From a bacterium (GTDB lineage: Bacteria > CLD3 > SB21), in assembly GCA_013360215.1 (NCBI GenBank), contig JABWCP010000004.1, positions 248,001-269,290 on the forward strand: a stretch of 21,290 bases of DNA, in the 5' to 3' direction. The position numbers and the translations under genes were made by a program. The notes under the pieces were generated by a model that worked only from the letters and a program-made list of their open reading frames with translations, searched no databases and was not told where the DNA came from. Positions within the stretch are counted from its first letter, which is position 1; every line of letters begins with the position of its first letter. Shown one piece after another: positions 1-9,736 of the stretch.

Positions 1-135
1 TTCGCGTATGGTGTTTTCGGCGATTTTGCGAATTTCCGATACTTTGTTTTTTCCGAAATAAGTTGCAAAGACCCATCCGAGAATAAACATCACAATGCCC
101 GCGGCGCACATGATGATAATAGATAAACTATCCAT
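1..135 (-). CDS. rny: 5' part of a gene running off the window; N-terminal membrane anchor plus charged helix, probably ribonuclease Y
   Basis: Manual translation from ATG at 135: MDSLSIIIMCAAGIVMFILGWVFATYFGKNKVSEIRKIAENTIRE. It is open to the window edge, with an AGGA SD-like motif upstream. A TM helix followed by K..AE..I.E matches the RNase Y N-terminus pattern, but only 45 codons are visible. Confidence 0.55.
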   Translation of the reverse strand, partial: MDSLSIIIMCAAGIVMFILGWVFATYFGKNKVSEIRKIAENTIRE

Positions 136-204
136 AACTATCCTGTAAGTTTCTTAAGTTTTAACTGTGTTTTTAACGAAGTCTATAATCATTAGTATAG
201 ACGT

Positions 205-228
205 AAAAAACCGCGCACAAGCGGTTTT
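205..228 (-). terminator. Probable intrinsic terminator downstream of the sensor kinase
   Basis: Minus strand reads AAAACCGC-TTGTGC-GCGGTTTTTT: a short stem followed by a U-tract. Confidence 0.45.
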
Positions 229-348
229 CACTACAATGAAGAATTTAGAATTTTGTGACTCAAATAGCAAGGAAAGAACAACGAATATGCGGCGTTGTGA
301 TCGAAGGTAAAACGTCATGCGAAAAGAGAAGAGAAGCTTAATTTGCTT

Positions 349-3300
349 TCAGTTGTACTCATTATAACAAGGTACAGAAAAACTAAATCGCGAACCCTTG
401 CCTTTTTCGCTGGTAACCCATACGCGTCCACCGTGCAGTTCAATCACCTTTTTGACGATGGCCAGACCGAGTCCCGTGCTGACTTCTCCGGCTGTCGGAC
501 GTGCGCTGAGCTTCTGATACGATTTGAATACTTTGTTAAGGTCTTCTTGCGAGAGGCCTTGTCCTGTATCTTCGACATGAACGCAAACTTCACGATCGGT
601 AGGTTCACAAAAAACCCGCACCGCACCGCCGGGATGAGTGTATTTGATCGCATTGGAGAGCAAGTTATCCATTACTTCCAAAATCCGGTTGCGATCGACA
701 AATACATTGGGCATGAGTAAGGGTCGCTCGACAGCTAAACGAATATTTTTTTGTTCGGCGGCACGACGATGCAGATTTTCACACTCGTCTATGATGCGTT
801 GCAAACTTTCGCTGTGTTTTTCCAAGTTAACTTTACCGGCTTCGATGGAACTCCAATCCAACAATGTCGAAACCAGATTTGCCATTTGTTGCGACACTTT
901 ATGTACGGTATCCAAGTCGTTTTCAATATCTCGCATCGTAGCGTGTCCGTGCCGGATATCGTTGATCATAAGTTGTACGTAACCGATGATCGTCGTCAAA
1001 GGATTTCGAAGATCGTGAGCCGCAATACCGAGGAATTCGTTTTTCTTTTGATTGAGGATTTCAAGTTCTTCGTTTTTGATTTTCAGTTCAGTCGTACGCT
1101 CATTGATGATGTTTTCAAGGCGGCGATTGTATTGCTCCACTCTTTGAAGGCGCAGCCGGTGAAACGACCACAACGCCAAGGTGATCAAAACAACGATGGC
1201 CAAACGAAAATACCAAGTTTTCCAGAATGGCGGTAAAACATGCAATGTGAGTCGTGTCGGTGACTCACACCATACGCCGTCGTTATTGGATGCTTTTATC
1301 AAAAACGTATAATCACCGGGTGCGAGGGTGTTATACGATGCCGAACGCCGTTCATCGCTGTAAATCCAATGTTCGTCCAAGCCGTCGAGTTTATAGGCGT
1401 ATTTATTTTTTAGTGAATTGGTGTATTCGAGCGCGCTGAACTGAAATGTAAGCCATGTGACGGATGATTCGAGGGTAAGTTCGTCCAATCCAAATGTCGA
1501 ACGTTCAATGGTAGATTCACCGTTATGCAGCGTATAGCCGGTGATCTGAGGTTTTACAGCGATCTGGTTAAAAACCAACTTGCGAGTATTGACTGAAACT
1601 ATGCCGTGTACACCGCCGAAATAAAGCGTTCCGTCGTTTGATAAATAATGCGCACCTTGTGCAAAAATATTGGAAGGAAGTTTGTCCACGACATTAAAAT
1701 TTCTAAAAGCAAACTGATTATCCGGTATATACCTCAGTTGCGAGAGTCCGTTATTGGTAGATATCCAAAAATGATCCGGTCCGGTAGGAATGATATTATA
1801 TACAGCATCGGACGGTAAACCATCGGCTATGGAAATGGAACGAAATGTTTCTTGTCGAATATCCATCAAACTTATACCATTGCCGTCCGTACCGATCCAA
1901 AGATGCGGATGAGCCGTATCCGGATCCAATGCGATGGTCATAATTTCATTTCCCGAAATGCTATTTTTATAAGACGGGTTACCTTTAAAATGTTTCCAAT
2001 TATTGGTTTCGGGTTCAAATCTGTTGAGTCCGCCGCCATAGGTGCCGATCCACAAACGATTTACATGATCAGATACAATGGTACGAATAAAATTGTGACT
2101 TAAACTGTTCGTGTTACCATTTTGCGCAACCCAACGTTTAAAACGATTATTCGACTCGTCCCAAAGATGTAATCCTCCATACGTGCCAATCCATAGTCGG
2201 CGAACACCGTTTATGGATTGTGCATAAATGGCGCGTACACGATTATCGTTCAACGAGGTGGAGTCTCCCGGTCGGCTAACGATTTTTTTAATAATACCTC
2301 TCTGTAAATCAAACCAAATCAAACCTTCGCCGAATGTGCCGATCCAGTAAAAACCGGCTGGGTCTTTGTAGATAGAAGTGATCCATACCGACGATGTGTT
2401 ATCTTCCGTAGGTTCAAGATAAGTTGTAAACGATCGTTTCTTTTCATTGTACACGATCAAACCGCGGTCCGTGCCGGCCAGTACTAATTTTCCATTGGCG
2501 CTATGATCTTCAAATACAGCGGCGACCCGTGTGCTTCGGAGCGTGTTGTTTTGGATATCGTCAGCGACGATGGAAAATTTTGGTGGCTTACTATCTAATA
2601 AACTGACGCCTTCGCCGCGTGTAGCGATCCATACTATTCCGGAGCGATCTTCCATAATCCAACGTACATCATTATGTCCCAACGAATGGGCATAATTCGG
2701 ATCGTGATGGTATGTTTTGATAACCGTCCCATCGCTATTCATAATAAACATCCCGTGCTGAATGGTACCGGCGGCCAGATGACCGTTTTGTAAACGCGTG
2801 ACGACGTTAACGCGTTCGTGTGTTAAACTTCGTCGTACCGATACCGTGCGCAGATCCACGCGGTCCAAACCGTCTTGGGTGCCAACCCACAAAAGACTGT
2901 CCCCATCCGCAAATAACGCACGAATAGTGCCGTGACTCAGTACAAGACCGGGATAAATTTTTTCGATGCGTTCTGTTTTTAATCCATCGGGTGCTTCCGA
3001 CACGCGGCAAAGGCCGTTACCGGTGCCAACCCATACGGCGTGATTTTGTTCAGCCAATGACCACACACGCGGATGCGGTAATGATGTTTCGTTATGCGGG
3101 TCGTGCGACACGTGTACGAACTTTTCAGTTACCGGATCAAAAATATTAACTCCGCCGGAATTGGTACCGATCCATAGTTTGCCATCGGAGCGACGTAAGA
3201 TGTATTGTATGCGTAGGTCACTCAGGGTATGATTTAGACCGGCTATCGGTTTGTATGTTTTAAATGTAGAGGTGGTTCGGTCAAATCGCGCTAAACCACC

Positions 3301-3636
3301 ACCCCAAGTACCAAGCCATAAACGCGCTTCGTCATCTTCGACGATGGAAGTCACATTGTTATTGGGCAGAGTGGTCGAATCACGCGGATCGTGTTTAAAA
3401 TGAATAAATCTATAGCCGTCATAGGCGTTGAGCCCGTTTTCAGTACCCATCCAGATGAAGCCGAGCCGGTCCTGGTAGACCGTATAAATGGTGCTGTGGG
3501 ATAAACCGTTTTCTACCGTGAGTTGACTAAAATGATCAGGTAAGGATTGTGCGTACGTATTCTGCGGCGCGGGATTAAGCCAATAACCCGTAGCAAAAAT
3601 AAGGAGAGATTGGATGATGACACCGAACCGAATCAT
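349..3636 (-). CDS. Sensor histidine kinase with periplasmic beta-propeller (Reg_prop) repeats and Y_Y_Y domain, one TM, HisKA and HATPase_c; no receiver or AraC domain
   Basis: Signal-peptide-like N-terminus; many LWIGT..GL repeats; Y_Y_Y-like YAYKLDG...YNTLAPGDYTFLIKASNNDGVW; TM after PPFWKTWYF; H-box AAHDLRNPL; N box NLLSNAIKYT; G1 EDTGQG; G2 STGLGLAI; GGAG SD. Confidence 0.93.
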   Translation of the reverse strand: MIRFGVIIQSLLIFATGYWLNPAPQNTYAQSLPDHFSQLTVENGLSHSTIYTVYQDRLGFIWMGTENGLNAYDGYRFIHFKHDPRDSTTLPNNNVTSIVEDDEARLWLGTWGGGLARFDRTTSTFKTYKPIAGLNHTLSDLRIQYILRRSDGKLWIGTNSGGVNIFDPVTEKFVHVSHDPHNETSLPHPRVWSLAEQNHAVWVGTGNGLCRVSEAPDGLKTERIEKIYPGLVLSHGTIRALFADGDSLLWVGTQDGLDRVDLRTVSVRRSLTHERVNVVTRLQNGHLAAGTIQHGMFIMNSDGTVIKTYHHDPNYAHSLGHNDVRWIMEDRSGIVWIATRGEGVSLLDSKPPKFSIVADDIQNNTLRSTRVAAVFEDHSANGKLVLAGTDRGLIVYNEKKRSFTTYLEPTEDNTSSVWITSIYKDPAGFYWIGTFGEGLIWFDLQRGIIKKIVSRPGDSTSLNDNRVRAIYAQSINGVRRLWIGTYGGLHLWDESNNRFKRWVAQNGNTNSLSHNFIRTIVSDHVNRLWIGTYGGGLNRFEPETNNWKHFKGNPSYKNSISGNEIMTIALDPDTAHPHLWIGTDGNGISLMDIRQETFRSISIADGLPSDAVYNIIPTGPDHFWISTNNGLSQLRYIPDNQFAFRNFNVVDKLPSNIFAQGAHYLSNDGTLYFGGVHGIVSVNTRKLVFNQIAVKPQITGYTLHNGESTIERSTFGLDELTLESSVTWLTFQFSALEYTNSLKNKYAYKLDGLDEHWIYSDERRSASYNTLAPGDYTFLIKASNNDGVWCESPTRLTLHVLPPFWKTWYFRLAIVVLITLALWSFHRLRLQRVEQYNRRLENIINERTTELKIKNEELEILNQKKNEFLGIAAHDLRNPLTTIIGYVQLMINDIRHGHATMRDIENDLDTVHKVSQQMANLVSTLLDWSSIEAGKVNLEKHSESLQRIIDECENLHRRAAEQKNIRLAVERPLLMPNVFVDRNRILEVMDNLLSNAIKYTHPGGAVRVFCEPTDREVCVHVEDTGQGLSQEDLNKVFKSYQKLSARPTAGEVSTGLGLAIVKKVIELHGGRVWVTSEKGKGSRFSFSVPCYNEYN

Positions 3637-3703
3637 GAACTCCCTTTTGTAGCAAGGATGACCAATGGCAATCGGAATTTCGGCTGTGTTTTATGATAAG
3701 AAC

Positions 3704-3734
3704 CATACCGGGACCGGATTAGAGCCCCGGTATG
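3704..3734 (-). terminator. Stem-loop after accC (weak terminator or processing site)
   Basis: CATACCGGG...CCCGGTATG forms a 9-bp perfect stem, extendable with G-U pairs on the minus strand. The U-tract is poor (GTTCTT). Confidence 0.4.
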
Positions 3735-3767
3735 AATATAGACATACTTTGCAGTGGATGCAATATA

Positions 3768-5111
3768 CTACAAACCGAGCAGGCGTTCCACAAACTTAGT
3801 GTCAAAATCCCCACTTACGAAATTTTCATTGAGCATCATCCTTTTCTGAAAGGGGATCGTAGTTTTGATGCCTTCGATGATAAATTCGTCCAATGCTCCG
3901 CACATCTTGCTGATGGCTTCAGTACGGTTTTCTCCCAAAACGATCAGTTTACCGATCATCGAGTCATAGTTGGACGGGATTTGATATTCGGCATACGCAT
4001 GCGAATCAACACGAATACCGTAACCGCTCGGAATATGAAACGCATGTATTTTTCCGGCTGACGGACGGAAATTGTGATCGGGATCTTCGGCGTTAATGCG
4101 GCATTCGATCGCGTGTCCACGCGGTTTGAAATCCGACTGCTGGAACGGCAGTTTTTCTCCGGCGGCAACGCGGATCTGCCATTTGATCAGGTCAATGCCG
4201 TATACCATTTCAGTGACGCAGTGCTCGACCTGAATACGCGTATTCATTTCCATGAAGTAAAAATTCTTTTCTTTATCCATCAAAAATTCGATGGTGCCCA
4301 CGCTTTCGTAGTCTACGCTTTTTGCGCCACGTACAGCGGCTTCACCTATTTTTTGACGCAAAGCTTCATCCACCGCGGGCGAAGGGGATTCTTCGATCAG
4401 TTTCTGTTGACGACGTTGCATTGAACAGTCGCGCTCGCCGATGTGAAATACGTTGCCATGCTGATCGCCGATGAGCTGGATTTCGATGTGGCGCGGTTTT
4501 TCAATGAATTTTTCGATGTATACATCCGGATTCCCAAATGCCGATTCGGCTTCCGCACGTGCCGTGTTATACGCATTTTCAAACTCCGATTCCTCACGAA
4601 CAATACGCATTCCGCGTCCGCCGCCGCCGGCGGTGGCTTTGATGATCACGGGAAGCCCGGCTTCTTTCATGATTTCGCGGGCATGTTTGATATCCCGCAC
4701 GATACCGTCGCTTCCGGGGACAACCGGTACGCCGGCTTTTTTCATCGTATCTTTAGCAAAAGCCTTATCGCCCATTTTTTGAATCATGTGAGATTTGGGG
4801 CCGATAAATTTGACACCGACCGATTCACAGATTTCCGCAAACTTGATATTCTCAGAAAGAAATCCGTAACCCGGGTGAATGCCGTCGGCACCGGTTATTT
4901 CTGCGGCGCTCATGATCTGTGGAATATTCAGATAACTTTTGGCACTTGGCGCCGGACCCACGCAAATGGCTTCATCGGCAAAACGCACGTGGAGTGAATT
5001 GGCATCCGCTTCGGAATATACGGCCACCGTTTTGATACCCATTTCACGGCATGCGCGAATTACGCGCAACGCTATTTCACCGCGATTGGCGATCAGAATT
5101 TTTTTGAACAT
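3768..5111 (-). CDS. accC: Acetyl-CoA carboxylase biotin carboxylase subunit
   Basis: [62 protein letters not shown]; 447 aa. Confidence 0.96.
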   Translation of the reverse strand: MFKKILIANRGEIALRVIRACREMGIKTVAVYSEADANSLHVRFADEAICVGPAPSAKSYLNIPQIMSAAEITGADGIHPGYGFLSENIKFAEICESVGVKFIGPKSHMIQKMGDKAFAKDTMKKAGVPVVPGSDGIVRDIKHAREIMKEAGLPVIIKATAGGGGRGMRIVREESEFENAYNTARAEAESAFGNPDVYIEKFIEKPRHIEIQLIGDQHGNVFHIGERDCSMQRRQQKLIEESPSPAVDEALRQKIGEAAVRGAKSVDYESVGTIEFLMDKEKNFYFMEMNTRIQVEHCVTEMVYGIDLIKWQIRVAAGEKLPFQQSDFKPRGHAIECRINAEDPDHNFRPSAGKIHAFHIPSGYGIRVDSHAYAEYQIPSNYDSMIGKLIVLGENRTEAISKMCGALDEFIIEGIKTTIPFQKRMMLNENFVSGDFDTKFVERLLGL

Positions 5112-5174
5112 ACTTCCTTCCGGTTAATGATACATGCCGGCGCACAAGCGCTCGTATGTGTTATATAATACATA

Positions 5175-6122
5175 TTATGATCGTTTATCAATCAGATAGT
5201 TACTGCCGTCCTTTTTCTTCACCGCTTTTTTGACTTCGGCGGCGATTTGGGCGATCTGTCCCATACTGCTCAACTCGCGGTTTTCGTTGCTTACCACGGC
5301 AATCGAAATAGACATAAGCGGAAACTGATCCATTTCGTCTTTTCGGTTTTTTGTTATAATATGGCCCGCTTTACGGTCTGTTTCGTCATACAGGGACGGA
5401 TAAAAATCATCTAATCGTTCGATAATTGTTTTACAAATCGTTTCCACTCGATCGTAACGCGAAACGATGAAGACGAAGTCATCCCCGCCAACATGGCCGA
5501 CAAAATCTTCTTTTGCGCCCAGTTCGCCGATCACATCAAGGATTATACGTGCCGTACCCTGAATGGCCTCATCTCCGCTTTTGAAACCGTACTTATCGTT
5601 GTATGCTTTGAAATTATCCAAATCCGCATAACAAACGGCAAAAGGCGTTTTTTGTTTTTGATTTTGCGCTATTCTAAAGTTGATGTCGTCTTCGATCGCA
5701 TAATTTCCCGGTAATTTGGTCAGGGGATTTGCACCGATGCTTTCTTTATAGCGACGGATCAAAGCTTCTAAACGGGCCGTTAATTCCTGATGATCCACGT
5801 CTTTGGTGATATAGTCATCGGCTCCGGTTCGCAAAGATGCTAATTTGTCGGACAACTGATCGCTGGAGCTAAACATCACAATCGGGACATTGCGTGTGGA
5901 CGGACGCTCCTTGAGTTTTTCGCGAACGGTGTGCCCGTTGATGTCCGGCATATTGATATCCAAAAGAATCAAATCCGGCCGTATGCGGGTCATGATTTCC
6001 AAGCCTTCGCGTCCGCTTTCGGAGGTGATCACTTCAAAACCTTTGTTTTGGAGTATCGTCGAAAAGATAAAAATTTTATCCGGTTCATCATCGATCATCA
6101 ATATCTTTTCACGAAAATCCAT
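5175..6122 (-). CDS. Response regulator receiver fused to a GGDEF diguanylate cyclase
   Basis: Receiver motifs IDDE, LILLDINMP, GADDYITK. Cyclase motifs NPLTKLPGN, DLDNFKAYNDKYG..GD, GHVGGDDF. Confidence 0.9.
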   Translation of the reverse strand: MDFREKILMIDDEPDKIFIFSTILQNKGFEVITSESGREGLEIMTRIRPDLILLDINMPDINGHTVREKLKERPSTRNVPIVMFSSSDQLSDKLASLRTGADDYITKDVDHQELTARLEALIRRYKESIGANPLTKLPGNYAIEDDINFRIAQNQKQKTPFAVCYADLDNFKAYNDKYGFKSGDEAIQGTARIILDVIGELGAKEDFVGHVGGDDFVFIVSRYDRVETICKTIIERLDDFYPSLYDETDRKAGHIITKNRKDEMDQFPLMSISIAVVSNENRELSSMGQIAQIAAEVKKAVKKKDGSNYLIDKRS

Positions 6123-6163
6123 ACTGCTTTCGATTGTAAAATGTTAACCGATGAAAACGAGCG

Positions 6164-6192
6164 AAATTATCAAAACCACAGACGAAAGTCAA
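6164..6192 (-). promoter_or_regulatory. Putative sigma70-type promoter for the receiver-GGDEF gene (and perhaps accC)
   Basis: Minus strand TTGACT-17 nt-TAATTT with TGn extended -10, about 40 nt upstream of the ATG. Confidence 0.5.
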
Positions 6193-6228
6193 TCAAGGAG
6201 TTCAACCGCATACTGCTCAAAAACCGAA

Positions 6229-6888
6229 TTATTGTGACACCGCGTCATTGATAAAATCACACAAAGGCTTCATGGCTTTAAACCCTTTGATCACATGTTC
6301 TTCAAAACGCGGGTTGGAAAGTTCTTTGTCGGATATTTTATGCAACACGACATAACTCGTGTATTTAAGCCATTCGGCATGCGGGTGCGAAGCCGGAAAA
6401 CCTTTGGGCATAGTTTTCAATTTTTCCGGTTGGAGCGCGTTAAAATATTTTTTGAATACGGGTGCCTTGATGATTTTTTTTAAGCCGTCGGCTTCTTCCG
6501 CCACATAGTTACGCATTTTGAGAAGAATATCCGATGGCGGCATGTACAAACCCCCACCCAGCATGGAAGCGCCGGGTTCGATGTGAATGTAATATCCCGC
6601 TCCGCTGGATTTACGTCCGCCCGGTGCAAGGAAAGCACCAAAGTTGGTTTTGTAGGGTGTTTTGTCTTTGGAAAAACGCGTATCACGGAATATTCTGAAT
6701 ATACAGTCTTTGGGTTGCAAAGAAGCCAACGACGGGTCCACCACGGTCATATCGCCGATCAGATCGCCCACAAAATTTTCAAACGACATCTTGGCCATAG
6801 CGTAATCATCGCGATGGGTATCAAACCAGGCCTTTTTATTATTCTTTTTCAGGTTTTTTAAAAAACCGAGAATCGTACCGGTTTCCAC
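6229..6888 (-). CDS. DUF2461 (TIGR02453-like) family protein
   Basis: FL..LKKNNKKAWF...R, IFRIFRDTRFSKDKTPYKTNFGA, GYYIHIEPG, GGGLYMP, LKTMPKGF. GTG start with AGGAGG SD. Confidence 0.88.
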   Translation of the reverse strand: METGTILGFLKNLKKNNKKAWFDTHRDDYAMAKMSFENFVGDLIGDMTVVDPSLASLQPKDCIFRIFRDTRFSKDKTPYKTNFGAFLAPGGRKSSGAGYYIHIEPGASMLGGGLYMPPSDILLKMRNYVAEEADGLKKIIKAPVFKKYFNALQPEKLKTMPKGFPASHPHAEWLKYTSYVVLHKISDKELSNPRFEEHVIKGFKAMKPLCDFINDAVSQ

Positions 6889-6995
6889 AGAAAGCCTCCT
6901 TGCTTAGATAGTTGGGCATGAAGTAAAACGGTACGCGTAAAGTAGTTTCTGAAAAAACTATATTCCATTACTTTTAAAATAGATCAATAAACCGC

Positions 6996-7024
6996 TTGAT
7001 TATAAACGTCCCGGTGCCTATCAT
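6996..7024 (+). promoter_or_regulatory. Putative sigma70-type promoter for rho
   Basis: TTGATT-17 nt-TATCAT, ending about 57 nt before the ATG. Confidence 0.5.
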
Positions 7025-7081
7025 GTTTTTATCTTTTTGATTTCAAATTGAATTCTATCATTATTACCCAATTACATTGTT

Positions 7082-8182
7082 ATGTCTGAAGTATTCTCCG
7101 GGATATTGGAAACGGATCCCAAAGGTTTTGGATTTATTCGCACGCTCAGCTTGACGCTATCGCCGTCACCGAAAGATGTTTTTGTACCGCCCGGAATAAT
7201 CACTCAAAATCGTCTGCGCCCCGGTGTTCTCGTTGAAGGAACAGGAGCGCCCGGCGACAAAGGCAATACACGTGTCGCTACGATTACGAGTGTGAACGGT
7301 ATGGATCCCGAAGCATGGAAATCGGTGCAGGATTTCGGAACTTTGCAAGTGATCCAACCCAAGGATCGGATTAGTCTGACAGGGCACGAACAAAACACCT
7401 CCATGCGTGTGGTGGATCTTTTTTGCCCGATTGGACGCGGTCAGAGAGGGTTGATCGTAGCGCCGCCCAAAGCAGGTAAGACAAGATTGCTTCAGGAATT
7501 GGCGCACGCCATTTCGATGAATAACGACGACATCACTATGATCGTTTTGCTGATCGATGAACGTCCTGAAGAAGTGACCGACATGCGCAGGTCTATACGC
7601 GGTGAGGTTTTTGCCAGCAGCAGCGACAGCGCGGGGGCGCAACATATTCGTCTTGCACAACTCGTACTCGAATACGCCAAGCGCAAAGTCGAAGCCGGTA
7701 AACATATTGTTCTTTTGCTGGATTCGCTTACACGCATGGGCCGCGCATTCAATGTGCAACAAAAAAGCAGCGGACGAACGCTGTCCGGCGGCGTTGACAT
7801 ACGCGCACTTGAGATTCCCAAACGTATTTTCGGAGCGGCGCGTAATATAGAGCACGGCGGATCACTGACGATTCTTGCAACGGCATTGATCGAAACCAAC
7901 AGCCGTATGGATGAATTGATCTTTCAGGAATTCAAAGGGACCGGTAATATGGAGCTTGTGCTTTCGCGCGAGCTTTCGGACGAACGTATTTTTCCTGCGA
8001 TTGATTTGAATAAATCAGGTACGCGTAATGAAGAGCTTTTGTTTGGCAACGATACGATGCGGCATCAAACCTTGCGGAGGTCACTCGCCCGCATACAACC
8101 GCGCGAAGCGATGAAGCAGGTTCTTGAACTTATTCAGCGATTTCCTGATAATGCGTTGTTATTGGATCAGGTGAAAGGATAA
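7082..8182 (+). CDS. rho: Transcription termination factor Rho, short form lacking the N-terminal helical subdomain
   Basis: GILE....GFGFIR OB fold; PIGRGQRGLIVAPPKAGKT (Walker A); LLIDERPEEVTDM; LLDSLTR; SGRTLSGG; EFKGTGNMEL; IFPAID..KSGTR. 366 aa. Confidence 0.93.
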   Translation: MSEVFSGILETDPKGFGFIRTLSLTLSPSPKDVFVPPGIITQNRLRPGVLVEGTGAPGDKGNTRVATITSVNGMDPEAWKSVQDFGTLQVIQPKDRISLTGHEQNTSMRVVDLFCPIGRGQRGLIVAPPKAGKTRLLQELAHAISMNNDDITMIVLLIDERPEEVTDMRRSIRGEVFASSSDSAGAQHIRLAQLVLEYAKRKVEAGKHIVLLLDSLTRMGRAFNVQQKSSGRTLSGGVDIRALEIPKRIFGAARNIEHGGSLTILATALIETNSRMDELIFQEFKGTGNMELVLSRELSDERIFPAIDLNKSGTRNEELLFGNDTMRHQTLRRSLARIQPREAMKQVLELIQRFPDNALLLDQVKG

Positions 8183-8186
8183 TCAT

Positions 8187-8513
8187 ATGCGTCAGCGTCT
8201 GACACAATTGGGAATCATCGTCAGTGTTTTTGTTCTTTTTTTGTCGGGATTTGATGCCTTAGATCAGCAGCGGTACGCGATGGCGTCGCTGTATCTGTTA
8301 TGCGTGGCGCTGTATATTGCCGTATGGCGGATCAGTCTTCACGTAGTGATGCAAAAACAAGTGTGGCTGACATGGGTTGGCACGTTTGTTATCCTCATAG
8401 CAGCGATGGATTATTTTTCTCAAGGAAAAAAATATCTGCCTTATGCTTATATTTTAGCCGCTATAATCAATACGATTCCGGTATTTTTCAAACGCCGTTC
8501 GGCCAAATCCTAA
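8187..8513 (+). CDS. Small integral membrane protein (about 4 TM), function unknown
   Basis: Starts 4 nt after the rho stop with AAGGA SD; four hydrophobic segments and a basic C-terminus. Confidence 0.75.
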   Translation: MRQRLTQLGIIVSVFVLFLSGFDALDQQRYAMASLYLLCVALYIAVWRISLHVVMQKQVWLTWVGTFVILIAAMDYFSQGKKYLPYAYILAAIINTIPVFFKRRSAKS

Positions 8514-8528
8514 TCCGCGCATCTGTTA

Positions 8529-9635
8529 TCAAAAAGCTTCACCGATGCTGATATAGTATCCGGAAGTTTTTTTGCCGTAACCGAAATCCAAACGCAGATT
8601 CAGTTTTTCATTTTCGTCAAATGCAAAACGAATGCCGTAACCGTAAGAAGTTTTAAGATCGGTAATCCGGTAGTCACTTATACGGTGGGCTACATCGCCA
8701 TAACTGCCAAAAATCACACCGCCGAAGCGCCAATATACGGGAAAACGATATTCTGTTTGTGTGACAAACATTCCGCGATCCCGGTACCGGCCGTAACGAT
8801 AACCCCGCATCATCATTTGCCCGCCAAATAAAGCTAAATCAGTAAAGGGCGGTTTACCGGTCTCTTGAAAAAAATACATTTGAACGGCGGCGATATGATT
8901 TCGAAAGAAAGGATAATAGCGTCGTGCGTCAACAATGATCCGGTTGTAACTGTAATCACTGCCGAGCCATGGTTGAAACGGTACAAATGAAACGATAATA
9001 TTGCCGCCGGAGGTAGGATATTGCGTATTATCTCTGGTGTCGTAGTTGGCCATAAAACCAAGTCCCGAGCGCAATCCGCGGCGTGAGCCTTCCGTTGAGG
9101 TGTTGGATAAAATCCCGGTATTCTCGCGTTCGATAATACGTGTGTGGTCAATTTCGTATTGTAAACCCGCGTAGAACTTAGGTTTCCACTGCTTTTGGAG
9201 AATAAGCGAAAACTTAAATGTGCGCGGCGTAAATTTTTCCAGCGACGAATCGGGTGTATCGGGGCCGACACCATAGAGTACATCCGGGTATTTGAGAAAT
9301 GTAATTTCTGTAGTGCCGTGATATTTTTCGCGATCCCAATAATGATCGGCATACAATCCGGCGGTGAATTGTTTGTTTTGTGTATATATAACCGACGGTA
9401 CTAGCGTTGTAGGTTTGGCATTTTCAGGAAACGGTTTACGAAAATAAATAGCCGCAATGGCGCCATAGCCTAACTTTGTTTCAGGTGTGTAAAACAGAGC
9501 GGGGATGACAAGAAAATTTTTTTTGATGCGGGTTTGTAACGAATCATTTTCTTGTGCGTTTAGGAACGGGGCCGATATAGAGATACAGCACACGAGCCGC
9601 AGAATACAAGAGCGCGTGAAGTTTGTGAAGATCAT
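8529..9635 (-). CDS. Omp85/BamA-TamA superfamily outer-membrane beta-barrel protein without obvious POTRA domains
   Basis: Signal peptide; P.LFYTPET.LG.G; YDTRDN...P..G; L6-loop-like FGG...MRGY..GRYRD; C-terminal YYISIGEAF beta-signal ending in Phe. Confidence 0.85.
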   Translation of the reverse strand: MIFTNFTRSCILRLVCCISISAPFLNAQENDSLQTRIKKNFLVIPALFYTPETKLGYGAIAAIYFRKPFPENAKPTTLVPSVIYTQNKQFTAGLYADHYWDREKYHGTTEITFLKYPDVLYGVGPDTPDSSLEKFTPRTFKFSLILQKQWKPKFYAGLQYEIDHTRIIERENTGILSNTSTEGSRRGLRSGLGFMANYDTRDNTQYPTSGGNIIVSFVPFQPWLGSDYSYNRIIVDARRYYPFFRNHIAAVQMYFFQETGKPPFTDLALFGGQMMMRGYRYGRYRDRGMFVTQTEYRFPVYWRFGGVIFGSYGDVAHRISDYRITDLKTSYGYGIRFAFDENEKLNLRLDFGYGKKTSGYYISIGEAF

Positions 9636-9656
9636 AGTTGCAATGTTTTAAAAACG

Positions 9657-9692
9657 AAAAAGGGGTAGTTTCTTGCGAAACGGCCCCTTTTT
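9657..9692. terminator. Intrinsic terminator-like hairpin with T-tracts on both strands, after the 70-aa ORF
   Basis: AAAAAGGGG-TA-GTTTC-TTGC-GAAAC-GG-CCCCTTTTT. On the minus strand the loop is GCAA (GNRA) and is followed by TTTTTCGTTTTT. Confidence 0.65.
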
Positions 9693-9736
9693 GCTGTGAA
9701 CGCTCGAAGTTTCCTCCGACACCTCCACATAGACGG

